A stretch of DNA of 64,000 nucleotides from Eledone cirrhosa (lineage: Eukaryota), in NCBI GenBank assembly GCA_964016885.1, contig OZ024741.1:185380001-185444000 (forward strand), read 5' to 3'. Below are positions 13,425 through 29,102 of this stretch, one piece after another. The notes under the pieces are model-generated. The model saw only the letters and a program-made list of their open reading frames with translations, made no database searches and was not told the origin of the DNA. Position 1 is the stretch's first letter, and each line of letters starts with the position of its first letter. The position numbers and the translations under genes were made by a program.

Positions 13425-13585
13425 TTCTGATTTAGGCACAAAGCCAACAATTTTGGAGGAGGGGGAAAGTCGTTTATATCGTCACTAGTTCATTAAAGTA
13501 CCAGTAACGCTCTGAGGCCGATTTAATTGATTTTCAACATATTTTCTAATTGCTGGCCTTGTGCCAAATGTACAAACAATTATTG
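13425..13585. mobile_element. Two opposed SINE 3' fragments
   Basis: ttaggcacaaagcc and gctggccttgtgccaaa..caattatt tails. Confidence 0.65.
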
Positions 13586-13587
13586 TC

Positions 13588-13646
<59 letters not shown>

Positions 13647-13704
13647 CAGCATCAGCAGCATCAGCAGCATCAGCAGCAGTAGTAGTAGTAGTAGTAGTAG
13701 CAGT

Positions 13705-13742
<38 letters not shown>

Positions 13743-13760
13743 TAGTAGGAGCAACAGCAG
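13588..13760. repeat. (AGT)n/(AGC)n microsatellite
   Basis: Direct reading. Confidence 0.95.
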
Positions 13761-14090
13761 CACTTATTTATGCTAAGTATTATTATTAATCATGATAATT
13801 TCATATTTTCTTTGTTTGCTTCAATTACGAAGCAACGTTTCCACTAAATTGGAATCTTATTCCCATTGTCATTTATCATATTTCAGACTCATTGATCATG
13901 GCGTTATTTCACTGCAGGATAACATACGCTTAATTGACACCCCTCTGGTATTTTATCAATTAAATTCAAATTTTATCAAAACACCTTCTGTCATTTATAT
14001 TTTATAATATTTATAAATACTTTGTTGTTGCGAAGAATTTCTTTCCCCAAAACAGCCTTGTCTTCACATAGAGACCCTACATATAATGTT

Positions 14091-14204
<114 letters not shown>

Positions 14205-14257
14205 TATATATATATAAATGCATAGATATGTGTGTATTTGTCTGTGTATGTGTGAAC

Positions 14258-14311
<54 letters not shown>

Positions 14312-14714
14312 GCATACATATGTGTGTGTTTGTCTGTGTATGTGTGAACATATGTATGTACATATATATATATATGTTTTATATACATATATATATTTAT
14401 ATATATATGTGTGTGTGTACATATATACAACACTATAATCTAGATAACTTTCCAATTTGGTTATTTAAAAATGCGTCATCATAATTCAAATTTAATCGCA
14501 AACTTATTCTAATTCAATTTGATGACTCTAACGGTGGTAATTATTATTGTTATTATTATTAGTATTTTAACATTACACATGCAAAAACAACAAAGCTGAT
14601 AATAACAATGCCATCAGATTCTTCACATTAGAGACGGCAGCAACAGTTCGTCCACCAGGAATATATATATATATGTGTGTGTGTATATATATATATATAC
14701 ATATATATATATAC

Positions 14715-14778
<64 letters not shown>

Positions 14779-14894
14779 GTATGTGTATATATATATATTT
14801 ATATAATATATATATATAAATATATATATTTATATATATATACATATAATATATATATACATATGTATGTATATATGCATGTATGTATATATAG

Positions 14895-14925
<31 letters not shown>

Positions 14926-14949
14926 CACATATATATATATATACATATG

Positions 14950-15011
<62 letters not shown>

Positions 15012-15045
15012 TATATATATGTATACACACACACACATATATATA

Positions 15046-15083
<38 letters not shown>

Positions 15084-15369
15084 AGCCAAACATTCATTAA
15101 TGAAAGCAACCTCTTTCCCGCCATGTTATTGTCCAAATTACCATCAAATGAGAAGAACTCACAATGATAAACATACAAAGAAAACTAAAAAAATAAATGA
15201 TAAACAAATAAATATTATACGAATTAGATAATATTAATAAAATATATGAAAATGGCTCTTCTTCCGCTTTTGGCGAAATTTCGTTCAACATCAAATTCTT
15301 ACTCTCACAAACAATTGATATAGCTATTTATCTCTTACTAATTATGATGTATTGGTTATTAATCCTTAC

Positions 15370-15426
15370 AGGATATAACCTCCAATGTGTTTCACTATAT
15401 ATTCGTCTCCTTCATTCTGTTTGTTT
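15370..15426 (-). CDS. Candidate internal exon, gene 1 (NKQNEGDEYIVKHIGGYI)
   Basis: ctaccctgtcag acceptor, gtaagg donor, one open frame. Confidence 0.35.
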
Positions 15427-15784
15427 CTGACAGGGTAGTTTTGTAATGGCGGGGTACGGAGGTGAGACTAATGCTGTGGGACGAATATTTTTCTTTTGTA
15501 ATTTGTTTATTTGTTTTTGTGTTTTTGTTAATAATTCAATTGCATATTGTTATATATTTAATACATTTTTGCATACATTTTTCATGATTATCTGTTTTAA
15601 AATAATTTGGTATTGATGAAGTTGTAGTTGTAATTATTCTGTGTGTGTTGAAAAGGTCGTTGTCAGGAAAGGAGTGGACTGTTTTTAATACAATTATCAC
15701 GATTTACACTACTCCCATGGAGATATATGTCACCATAATTATCACCATCATCCTGGCTATGTTTCATTGGAATTATTCATAAAT

Positions 15785-15850
15785 CTTCTTCTTCTTCTTC
15801 TTCTTCTTCTTCTTCTTCTTCTTCTTCTTCTTCTTCTTCTTCTTCTTCTT

Positions 15851-15880
<30 letters not shown>
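15785..15880. repeat. (CTT)n microsatellite
   Basis: Direct reading. Confidence 0.95.
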
Positions 15881-15881
<1 letters not shown>

Positions 15882-17811
15882 TGGTAACAGGAGCATCATC
15901 TAATTATCACCGAAACCATCATTTTCAAAATCTTAATCATCACGAAAATTATAAACATCTTCATCATCATCATCATCATCCTCGTCGTCTTCGTCCTAAT
16001 AAACAACATCGTCATTATCATTAGTACAACCAACATCAATGGTAGATCCATTATTATCATTATATATATATTGCTTTCGTTTTAATTACTTTTATTTATA
16101 TTTTGTTGCTTTTATCAATTAAAAAAGCCATTAAAAAAAAAAGAATATAATAGCGAAAATTATCACCCCCGAATTAAATATATTTTCGAATTCTTCTATT
16201 TCAATGTATTCAACTATTTTAGTGTGAAAATATGGAATTATATTTCGCAGAATATCTTTAAAATCTAATTTCAAATTTTAAAAATCAATTATATTTAGAT
16301 TTCATTTATTTCTATTTTTTATTTTTATCTCAGTCGCAGTAGAAACAGCAGCGAAAATAACGGCAGCAGAATGTTACGTAAAACAACAAGAACACCCCTG
16401 TCAACACCACCAAGAAAATAACAACAGCATAAACTACAACATTTACAACTATCACTACAAAAGCGGAGGATATAAACACAAGAAACACAATTATAGCAAC
16501 AGAAGTAACAATACTATCAACATTTACAACATGTCTTATAACATAAACAACAGCAACGGCAAAATCAATTCTTTGAAATTTCAATATAACGCTGTAGATA
16601 AGACAGAATGTAAAACGAAAAGTAGAAATATCCCAGATTATGATATATTCAAACACAATAGACGCTTTCCGCACAAACGCTGGAAGAGAGAGGGTTGTTG
16701 AATAATCTGAAGTCACTAAGTACAGAGCTGGAAGCCATTAACAAACTAAAGATTTGTGACATACAGCTGTGCAGATCGAATGACGTGTGTAGTGTTGTTT
16801 GAAAAAGGAATGGACCAAACGGTAAGCGGGGTTGTAGATCGTTCACCATAGAAGTGACTAGCAGCAGATTTAGTAATGATTTGTGACTGGTTGTATATAC
16901 GATCTAATAGTAAATAGGAATCCGAATGTTTTAGACTACTAGGGTTTTTCTAGCACTATCTTTAAAAATGCCCTGGCAGTTCCCATTGTCTGGTATATAT
17001 ATATTAGGTTGTCAAGTATGAAATTTGTAGAATTTTGTAGAAAAGACACAGATTTCTACAATTGATATAAGCTGGCTTTCCAGAATCCATGATATTAAAA
17101 CTAGACAAACCACAGATAGTAGTAACATTTTTCATTAGATTATCCGTTAATTACCTTGACTAGAGTTTTGGGTGGTTGGCTGTACTGACCACAAACTCGA
17201 CGTATATTCAGTCAATTTAGGTAGGACGAATAATAGGGTACTTCGTTTTTGAAAGTGAATGTACCTTTCCTGGAATAGAAAAGTTTCAGAGCCACGATTA
17301 GCGAAATATTTAATCGGGAGTGGAGTTGGCTTCCGTTGTTAATAACATGTGGGTAGTTTCAATGAAAAGGGAAATTGGTGAGAATTGTGTCAGCATGTTT
17401 AAGTGTATTTCAATAGTAAAAAGTAAATTAGAGAAGGGACTAGCCGGTTAACTAACATGACGAGCAGTATTGCCATTGTCTCTCACTTGTTTGCAGCGAG
17501 AATATTCCTTAGTCACTCTCACCAGTGAACGTTTTGACGCAAAAGATGAAAAAAAAAAAAACGGCGTGTCGGCATTATATAATCAAATGGGGTATTTTCC
17601 GTATGTTTGTAAGTTCTGGGGTTTTAGTTGTATGTTTTTGTGGGGCTTTTTAAATCCCGCAAAGTATCTATTATTATAGGGATTATTTCGGTTTTCATTA
17701 TTCCCGTCAGGTTATTTGTAGCTCCAGGCCTTTATATTTGGGTAATTTCTCCCTTTCCTTGATGGATATATTTTTGTCTGTGCAGATTGATACAGGACTA
17801 TTACTATTATT

Positions 17812-18040
17812 GAAGGTTGTGAATCGGTGGTCTAGGAAGAGTTTCGGAAACCATGTTTTGTGACATATAGTTACGTCCCTTTCCGCTCCAAGTTAAAATC
17901 CCGGCGAGGTTAGCCTTCCCTTTGATCTTTACGGCGGGGTCTATAAAATAAATTACGAGTAACGCACTGGGGTCAATTTAATCGATTTTCCCCTTCATCG
18001 AAAATATTTGGCCCTGAGCCAAAATCAGAAACCCTTATTA
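17812..18040 (+). mobile_element. tRNA-derived SINE, diverged copy
   Basis: Degenerate B box and ggggtc..aaaataa core. Confidence 0.7.
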
Positions 18041-18711
18041 TTAGTATCAACATCACCAGAAAAAAAAATTTAATTGAAAGAATCTCATATTCAAACAATC
18101 AGAAAAAACAAAATAAAGATGAATTTATTAATATTATTATTGACTTTATTAAATTAAATATATTTTTCTATCAATTTTTGTATATTTTCTGTCGGTTAGA
18201 CATAACCCTCTCCATGCTGTTTTTTTTATGGGAAATAAATAAATAATGATGTTGGTGATGATATTCTTCCTCATTAGTAACACTGTTATTAGGTTCAACA
18301 TTATTATTAGTTCACTTTTTTTATAAACACAAAATGTTCCATTTTCGTATATTTTGATATTTCAGGGGTGAGAAGGGGTCTATTTTTCATTTCCTTCCTT
18401 TCTTTATGCTTTCCATTTTCAGTATTTCCGTTATTTTCCCAATTTTCTCCTTTTCCCTCGATTCCTATTTACATTTTCCTTCCTTTTTTTTTTCATCGCT
18501 CCTTGCATAATTTCTTCCTATTTTTCTTTCCCTCTCTCTAGAGATATTATAAGCAAGAGACAATATTACTGATCTCCATTTAGCTCCTATATTCCCCAAT
18601 CTAGTTAATATCTTCTATCCACCTTAATCTTATCTCCCGTCTCTTAAATTTGCCTTAAATTGTCGTCTCATTTCTTTAAAAAGATTTTGTTTTAGTATAT
18701 TTAAACGTATA

Positions 18712-18872
18712 TTTATTATTATATTTTAAATATATTTACTTCTGTGTTTGTTTATTATTATATTTTAAATATATTTACTTCTGTGTTTGTTTATTATTAT
18801 ATTTTAAATATATTTACTTCTGTGTTTGTTTATTATTATATTTTAAATATATTTACTTCTGTGTTTGTTTAT
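18712..18872. repeat. 39-bp minisatellite, about 3.5 copies
   Basis: tttattattatattttaaatatatttacttctgtgtttg repeated. Confidence 0.9.
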
Positions 18873-18949
18873 TTTGGCAATCTTTCAGGTTGGTTTCGGA
18901 TTTTATTCATTAAGAATTCAATAATTAGTATAATAACAATTTACAATCA

Positions 18950-19150
18950 TAATAATTGTTTCTACTTTAGGCACAAAGCCAGCAATTTGAAGGTGAAGGA
19001 AAAGTCGATTAAATAGACCCCAGTGCATTACTGGGGCTTTATTTATCGATTACGTAAGGATGAAAGGCAAAGCTAACCTCTGTGCGATTTGAACTCAGAA
19101 TGTAAAGAGCCGAAACTCTATGCCACATACCAAACAATTTTACGGCCGGC
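18950..19150 (-). mobile_element. tRNA-derived SINE
   Basis: ggatgaaaggcaaag..gatttgaactcagaa. Confidence 0.8.
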
Positions 19151-19458
19151 TTTGTGAATAATAATAATATTATTAATATTCGGATTGCAAATGAGACTAA
19201 ACAGCCGATGTACACATTTGAGAATAGTATGTATTCCCTGCAGATCCAGGGGATAGAGGAGGCGAGATAATACACAAACTTGACAAGGAGCAAGACACTG
19301 CGAACCAATTAAAAATTGTAAATTGTCGTTGTTTTCTATCAGTTGCCGCTGGAACAAACGGATGACATCGTCATCTCTACCACGTTGTGTTTTATGAGGT
19401 TTTCACTTGTAAAAAAAACAACAATATTAATGATATTATGATATTATTATAATATAAT

Positions 19459-19638
19459 GTGGATTGGCAGTATCGGTGGAGCATCAGGCACCATGCTTTG
19501 CATATAGCCCTTTACATTCCGAGTTCAAATCACACCGAGGCTAACTTTGCCTTTCATCCTTACGGGGTCGATACAATAGAGCACCAGTAATACACTGGGG
19601 TAATTGCTGGCCTTGTGCCAAAAGTAGAAACAATTATC
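19459..19638 (+). mobile_element. tRNA-derived SINE with Meta/Sauria-like core, full length
   Basis: A box tggcagtatcggt, B box gagttcaaatc, gcctttcatcc..ggggtcgata..accag core. Confidence 0.88.
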
Positions 19639-19699
19639 ATAATTTCATTATCATTCACTCACGAGTACAATATATGTGTATATAGACACACTCTCTTTC

Positions 19700-19750
<51 letters not shown>

Positions 19751-19898
19751 CACACACTTTTGCTAATATATATATATTTTCTCATTGCAGTTTACAAAAA
19801 AATCATTAACCTCAATTATTACATGAACATAATAAAGAGATTGCTTTTATTTCTTCACACTCATGCCATTCATTTTACTTATAACTCGTTCCAGTAAT

Positions 19899-19979
<81 letters not shown>

Positions 19980-20052
19980 TATATATGTATACATGCACAC
20001 GCATAGACACACATACACATATATATATATATACATGCATACGTATTCTTAC

Positions 20053-20059
20053 GTATCAT
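20053..20059 (-). CDS. Candidate 7-nt microexon, gene 1
   Basis: tttcggaacag|ATGATAC|gtaagaat; restores frame between flanking candidate exons. Confidence 0.25.
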
Positions 20060-20284
20060 CTGTTCCGAAATATCAGAAATATATTGCCATTACAATTATA
20101 AAGGACACTACCACCACCGAAACATTCACCATCCCCCCTCCGCCATTTACCTCTGTATTGATCACTATTGCTTCGATCCACACCCCACCAGCTACCTATC
20201 ATACAAACACAATGTTCCATACAACAGCTTGTCGTTGGTTTATGTTTGTTTACGTATAGACTGACATTGACAAGTTTGCTGGAT

Positions 20285-20830
<546 letters not shown>

Positions 20831-21310
20831 GTATATATAAACATATATATATGCATAATATGGAATATACTTAGATACACATATGTGCATACACATATAC
20901 ATATATACATACACATGCTCAGCCATATATGTATAATACAATGGAACTGGATATTGTACTGTTTACAATAGCAATTTAGAGACTTGGTCACAGCTTGGTT
21001 TTCCACCCGTTTTCAACATAAACACACATACACACACACACTTATACTCACTTCAAAACAATAAATCACACAAATATTACAATGACTATCATATACGAGT
21101 GTTGTGATGTGTTTGTGTATGTGTGTGAATATGATGATTGAGGAGTCAATATTCTATTTAATTACTGTGAATGAAAGCTTATTGAATCATACTTTACACC
21201 TGTCTCAAAATATGTCTGTAGCCATTTATATTTTTAAGTATATTTAGTTCTATATATATATCATTGTCAACATAAATAGCTAACGTTTACAGCAGTATAT
21301 ATTATATTAC

Positions 21311-21361
21311 CTGAAAACACAGATTTCTTCTCAAACATTGCATCGATTTCTGTATAAGCTG
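21311..21361 (-). CDS. Candidate internal exon, gene 1
   Basis: aaattgacatgcaatgcag acceptor, CAG|gtaata donor. Confidence 0.35.
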
Positions 21362-21832
21362 CTGCATTGCATGTCAATTTGAGAATATTTGCATTTTAGT
21401 TAAGAGATTAATAGAAAAAATACAGCGTTTGAAAGAAATTAAGTACAATAGATTAAAGAGGAATAAAAGCTTATTTTCTCTTTTATGGTATTGATTCTGT
21501 AATCAAGAAGAAACACGTGTATAATTAAAACGATACAAGAAATAAAACAATTGAACATACATAAAGCATGACAAAAATAAAATCTCCCGTCTATATATAC
21601 ATACACACGCACTCACTCACACAGACACACACATTCACACACACACATATATAGGATTAAAATAAAAATGTTATTTCTCACCCTAACACAGCTGATACAT
21701 AAATGTAAGTATGCACACACACACACATACTTATATATATATACATACATACACACGCACACACACATATATATATAAATATGTATATATATATACATAC
21801 AGATATACATATACGTATGTACGTATATACAC

Positions 21833-21871
<39 letters not shown>

Positions 21872-22142
21872 TATATACATATACGTATGTACGTATTGGT
21901 TATATCGAACATTAATAATAATGTTCGATTCGGCCCATTCTGAACGACTGCCGCGCCAGCGTCCGATCGTCACCTGTCTGTCAGCATGTTTCTGGGTTAT
22001 TACTATATATTTTCAACTGCTCAACAGACTGCCAGAGGTATACAGCCCTAGTGAATATTAATGACACAGAAACATGTTGATTGTTCCTCAAAGCCAGTGC
22101 TGAAAAACAGGTGACGAATAGTCACTGACACGGCAGTACATA

Positions 22143-22199
<57 letters not shown>

Positions 22200-22436
22200 A
22201 AATGTGTGTAATCCTTGGTACAGTTAGGTATATTAAGATAGGGGGGAAGAAAAAATGGCTTCACTTGTGCTTTCAACAAATTTATTTTCTTCACAAAATC
22301 CAAAAAGAATTTTTCTTAAAAAAAATTATTTTATAAATTAAGTTGTTGGTTGTTGGTTAGGTCTTAGGAGTTCTTGGTTAACGTAGGAGGTATTGTTTCG
22401 TTTTTAGAAAGACCTTTCACGCTGAGGTGCGCTTGT

Positions 22437-22581
<145 letters not shown>

Positions 22582-22894
22582 CGTGCGTGCGTGTGCATAC
22601 TTACATCTATATATATATAAGCATATACATATATTCATATATAAATGAAAATAGAGAAATTAATATGAGCAAGAAGCCAACAGTAATTCGTACATATAAG
22701 TGACTATTACGTCAAGATGGAAAATATTTAACGTAAGATATGAGAAAATAATTCAATCTCAATTAAAAAAAATGTCAAGACAGAAATTTTATCCACAGAT
22801 TTTGTGTAATGCAGGGAAAAAACCAATAGAGTCTTAACTCAGAATAAAATTAAGGGTAAATACTTATCGTTCAATTTGGAAAAAATCTACAAAT

Positions 22895-22975
22895 GTTCTA
22901 TATAGTCTTAAAAAGACTATTTCACGAAACTTTTCAGAGGGGTTAGTCACGGTTGGAACCGTTCATCAGTAGAGC
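22895..22975 (-). ncRNA. Type I HHR with enlarged helix II loop
   Basis: GCUCUA-CUGAUGA-ACG..CGU-GAAA-UAGUC..GACUA-UA-UAGAAC. Confidence 0.6.
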
Positions 22976-23128
22976 TCAACACGATAACTAAGAACCACAG
23001 CTAAACTATGCCAAAAGGAATTTAAAAAGCATGAATATATGTATATGCTTATATATATAGATGTAAGTATGCACACGTACACACACACATATACACACAC
23101 ACATACACACACACGCACACACACACAT

Positions 23129-23200
<72 letters not shown>

Positions 23201-23796
23201 AGGCGTGTGTGTGTTTGAACGGAAAATAATATAAAAAAACCTGTAAGAAATGATTATGTTTTTTCTTCTGATGTGAAATATTAAAAGGTTAATTGCAGCT
23301 AAAAAATTGGAATTGTAATATGTTTGTTGTTTGCTTTTGTTTCTACGTTGCTCTTTATGCTTAGTCGATTCCTTTCTTGGTTTTGATTTATGTTGTCACT
23401 GGTTCTTTTAAATTTTGATTTCCTTTCCTGTGGCTTGCTCATTAATTATCACTGATGCTAAAAAAAATATATAATAATAATAATATTGAATATTTAATCC
23501 ATAATTCATCTGAATGTCACAGATGTTTTAGGTAACTGTTACTTCTACGTTGATCTGTGCCAATATGAATGATGGCATTCTGTTTGAATTTGAAAGCAAT
23601 TAATGATACTTCATTTACAAGGTAAAAAGAGGAATCTCTATATCTCTATATGGTTGCACAACCGATCTGTTCGAAATATTAGCCAAATTCATCGATTATG
23701 ACAGTATATCATCGAACGCAATTGGATTAAAGACAATGTTAGTGCACTGAAAATGCAGCAAAAATATACCAAGCAAGAACTATCTGACATACAATA

Positions 23797-23990
23797 TTGG
23801 CAGTATCGGTAGAGCGTCAGACACCATGCTTTTCAGCATAGAGTTACGCCCCTTTATGATCTGAGTTCAAATACCGCCAAGGTTAACTTTGCCTTTCAAT
23901 AAAATAAAGCACCATTCACGTACTGGGGTCAATTTAATTGACTTTCCCCTCACCGCAAATTGCTTCCCTAGTGTCTATACTAGAAATCAT
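23797..23990 (+). mobile_element. tRNA-derived SINE
   Basis: A and B boxes plus partial core. Confidence 0.8.
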
Positions 23991-25939
23991 TATAGTTAAA
24001 TCGAAAGAAGTATGAGATACGTTGAACTAGAAAACGATTCAAAATTATTGTACGTAAAATTACGAAAATGCCAAGTAAATAATAGTGAAAAGATATTAAT
24101 AGACACAAAACACGACCAAGGAAATAGCTTTCATCAAAGTAGGCTCTACATATGACAGACATTTATGGGTAACTAAAAATTAATATTTCCATATTCCATA
24201 AACGCGCACACCGATGGCATATTAAATAAATTACCCATGTTAAGGACATCAAACGGGGTGAAAAATAATTAATACATGATTATATATATCCATCATGTTA
24301 GCTATCTAGACAGCCCATACTTAAAAAACACATGTGGACACACACACACGCACACTTATACAGCCAGCCAGACAGACAGACACACACACACACACATATA
24401 TATATATAATAATAAAAATAAAATGTGGAGAAGGAGCACACGATTTGGAATATATATATATGTGAAAATAGGGAGAAAAAAGACGATTATTAGGAATAAA
24501 ACTTTTTTTTTCCTTTTTATTTTTTTCTCTTTTTTCCGGGTTGAAACATTTAAGACAAAATATTTTACTTTGTGTGAAGTGTTAAGGTATTAGTTAATTT
24601 ATTTATTAATTAAGAATGACATTTATTTATTTATTTATATATTTATTAATTGTCTATTACCGGTTTCAGCATGTTATGCATTATCAAAGGGCGAATTTGT
24701 ATTGGTGTAAAATGTTGATGATGCTGAACGTGTTAAGGAAATGGTGAAGAACGAATAATTTTATTTACAAACAAGGTTTTTGAAGTGAAAAGAAAAAAAA
24801 GAAAAGAATGGGGGGGGGGGGTAATGTGATACACCAAGAACTACAAAAAATAAACTCTAATTTGTCAATACTCATCAACAAACTTAATTCTACAAGTGAG
24901 AAAGCAATCCTCAAATACACATCCTATGAAATCAACGACAATAAAAACACACCTGAATAACAACACACATCCTATTCAAGCGAACGAATAAACACATGAC
25001 ACTCATACACTTACAACTTACCAATTAAAAACAAATTAATACTACATTGGTACACATCTCTTAAAAACAGGAAATTCTCCTTTTGGAAGATGATACAAAA
25101 TAATAACAAAGCGGAGATCTATGAAAAATGGATTAACTCATCCCCATTAATCATCCCCCGAAAACTACAAATTAAATCCATCCCAAACGAACCAGAGACA
25201 CAAAGACGCCTCAGGGAAGTTTTATGGCACTTGATAACATAAAAACTGAAATTGAACTCCTTAAATTGAGAGCCCAAGCATATGAAGATAGGATCAAATC
25301 AATTGACGATGAGATTAATGAAGCAATTACCAATAAAACCGAAGCCACAACCCTAGAAAATATTTCAAAATTATGGTTAGAGGACTGTAATAAGGAAGAA
25401 TTAAAATCCCTTCAACGCTGGGAAATAAATGAAACCTGGTTCTCTAACTATGAAACACTTTTCCAAAAAGAACACACATCCCAAAACCCCTTCATTAAAA
25501 CTATAATAACAAGAAAACCCAATCATCGTCCAAACACCACACAACAACCAACAGCAACAAAAAAACAATACCTCCCCACATACCAACAAAAGAAGACATC
25601 ACCTCGACCCTACCTCCTATACCCACCACATAACTATCACACGGACTACCAAGCAACAAATATAGTAATAGAGAAACATCAGCTACAAGATAGACTACAA
25701 CTTCTCTCCTACCAGGAGAAACTATAGAATCCCCCTCCCTTACAACACTCCCCCTAATACCCCCACGCAACAAACCCACAACCATCATTACTTTCAACAT
25801 AGAACCCAAAATACACAACTACCACACATGCCACATAGGGTCTCACAACCACACACCAACTATAAGGAAACCCTAATCTACACTTCTCCACTAGCCACAT
25901 CCTTCTACAACACCACCAGGTGAAAATTCAACCACACGA

Positions 25940-26295
25940 GACCCTAAACCACTACAACCACCATAACTACACACCATACAACAACAGCAGGACTCAATAT
26001 AACTACACAAGACAACCCTACTACAACTACCACCATGTCTACACACACTACAACAACAGCAGTGCTCAACACAACCACACGATACAACCCAACTTCAACA
26101 ACCACCACAACTACACAACCTATAACCACGTCCATCAAATCTACACACCCTACAACAACAACAGCAGGTCTCAATACAACCACACGATACAACCTAACTT
26201 CAGCAACCACCACAGCTACACACCATCTTACAACAACAGCAGGGACCAATACAACCATAAGAGACATCCAAACTTCAACAACCACCACAACTTCC
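25940..26295 (+). repeat. Imperfect tandem repeats (about 78 bp) in the Penelope N-terminal coding region
   Basis: Repeated YNNSR.QYNH..QPNFNNHHNY units. Confidence 0.75.
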
Positions 26296-29051
26296 GTAGT
26301 CATTTTTTAGACACAGCACACAGACACAGGGTAACAATCTAACACAAAACACCCAGGAGACACAAAATGTAATAACAATCGTTAATTTAACCTCTAAAGA
26401 ATTAACAACAGACCAAATCAACATACTCTCCAAAGGTCTGAAATTTACAGCAACTCCCCAACGTCTAAACTACCCCGAAATGAAGGAAAATATTGCAGAA
26501 TTATGTAGAAAACTAAGACTCAGCGAGCAACTATACGACAAATACAATGAGGATGACTCAATAGCCAGAAATAGAAGAAACCTCACCCCACCAAAAGGCA
26601 AGAACAAATTCCTCGATCAATTCTGCGGACACATTACTAATTACCCATACCACCACCTACACAGACATAAACAAAAACCAAACCTAAGCAAAACAGAATG
26701 GAATGGTCTTAACAGTCTAAAGAACGAAAAACCCTAACAATCAAAGAGGCAGATAAAAGGAGTGCAGTAGTCCTTATGGAGACAGATTACTACACGACTC
26801 TAGTACTCTCAACTCTAGAAAACAAAACATATTACGAAAAGGCCCAACACTACACAAAACTGAAAATAATGAGAAACCTAAAATCCGTAACAACCCTTTA
26901 CAAAGATGGCCTACCGACAAGGAATACAACTACATCACCAATTTCAAAGCAGAACCAGACTCTTCTACGGTATCCCAAAGACATACAAAAGCGAAGTAAT
27001 AGGCAGGGCCTGCAAGCAAGCCACAGACATTTACATCAATATACCCCCGCCTAAATGACCTTAAATTAAGACCCATAATAGCAGGAGCCACATGTGAAAC
27101 CCACCGCCTAAACAACTTCCTAGATATTCTGCTTAAACCTTTCCTAAAACACATAAAATCTTCATAAGTGACGACCTTGACATGTTCAACCACCTCCCAA
27201 CAGCACTTATTAATTAACATACCCTACTAGTAACTTTTGATGTCATCAATCTATATTCCAATATCCCACATAACCTAGGTATAGAGGCAATACAATTCTG
27301 GCTTGAAAATTTCCCTAGTGAACTTCCACAGTGCATCCCTAAAGAATTTGTTTTGGAGGGACTCAAATTCATCTTGGAAAACAAATTCTTCGAATTCTAT
27401 GCCAAATACTACAGACAGAAATCTGGGACTGCCATGGGCACGAAAGTAGCCTCCTCATACGCCAACCTTGTCATGGGATATTTGGAAACCACCCTCTACC
27501 GGAAAGTTCTAGACAAATACGGTAACCACTTCTACCTACACATAGAAAAAAAACTGGAAGAGATATCTAGACGACTGCTTCATCCTCTGGCATGAAAGTA
27601 TAGAAAGACAACACAAACTTACAATTTACAGTGGATTAAAGCCATGAACAACTCCCTTTCCTCGACATCCTCATTAAGAAAACAAACAGAAAAATAGAAA
27701 CAGACATATACACAAACCCACAGACTCCAAACAATATCTTCCATTTAACTCGTGCCACCATCGCCATACCAAAATGGCAATTACTTATAACCTAACCAGA
27801 AGGACTGCACAATAATTTCAGATAAATACACATGCTACACACGACTAGAAGAATTAAAGAACACACTTATCAGCAGAAACTACCCACAATCCCTAATCAA
27901 CAATGGATTCCAACGTGCCCTAAAACTCAACATCCAGGAACTCAGACACCCCAAACCCAGTAATGAACCGCAACAGAAAACTCTACCATACATCTCCACA
28001 CACAACCCCCTCAACAATGAGGCACTCGACACCATCCTCCAGAACGTTCCTTTACTAAAAAGAGACCCAAGAATGAACAAAATCCTTCAAACACACAACA
28101 TCATAAAGACCAAAAGACAACCTAAATCCATAAAAAACATCCTCACACAAGCCCAAATCCAACCAACCCTCACAATGAACCCTACAGTAAAAAAAATGCG
28201 GAAGGCCCAACTGTGGCATATGCATAAATCTAATAGAAGGTTCAACATTCCATTTTAAACAAGGACAACATTTCACAGTTAAACACAACTTTACATTTGC
28301 ATCTGAAAACCTAATCTATGTTTTGACCTGCTCAGGTTGTCAAGAGCACTACATAGCACAGACAAAAAACAGCCTCTGACAACGTATGACCGTCCATAGA
28401 TCACAAATCAAAATACAGGAATACAGAAAGATTGCTTTTAGTGAACATATCGCCAATTGTACACCTAACGAAGATCCAAACTTTAAAATTTTCCCCATTT
28501 ACAAATCCATAGACAACGCTTCTTTCATCCATCGTACCAATAGGGAAACGTACTTCAAAACAAATTCCAACCTCTACTTAATGGACTAAATTTCGGACTA
28601 AACTAAAACTGGAACGAACAATGAACGAAAACCTAATTCCTATGTTCTCTAAAGAGTTACATCCCTCACACCCTACCTAATCCTTTTTCTGATATAAATG
28701 GATTAGCCCCTCTCATTTCTCTCTCCCCTACCTGACCACCCTGTATTACCTCCCCTGCATATTAACTCTCTAAAAAGGTAAATCATATCAAACCCCAGAC
28801 TACCATTTGCCTCCATCATAGATCAACTAAGCACACTTGCTATAATAACACTTTTTGAAACTGCTTATCTTCAAGAACTATGCCTGTAAATAATATTATT
28901 CTTTCTTTCCCATTACCTTATCATGTTCCACATTACCCCACTTTTTTTTCTTTTTTCTTTTCTCTTCAAACACCATGTTTGTAAATAACATTATTCTTTC
29001 TTCCCCATTTCCTTAACATGTTCCACATCACCAACATTTTACAGAAATACA

Positions 29052-29102
29052 AATTCGCCCCTTTGATAATGCATACAATGCTGAAACCGGTAATAGACAA
29101 TT
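29052..29102 (+). ncRNA. HHR-like motif in the Penelope pseudo-LTR (mirror copy 24648-24697, minus)
   Basis: UUGAUAA-U GCAU ACA AUGC U-GAAA-CCGG-UA; helix I weak. Confidence 0.55.

Noticed and set aside
14578-14660. Signal-peptide-like [12 protein letters not shown] exon on minus strand
   Set aside because: No linked downstream exon found; could be chance
16330-17480. Possible LINE ORF1/endonuclease relic
   Set aside because: No diagnostic motif readable
19459-19540. tRNA gene
   Set aside because: A/B boxes belong to the SINE head; no cloverleaf evident
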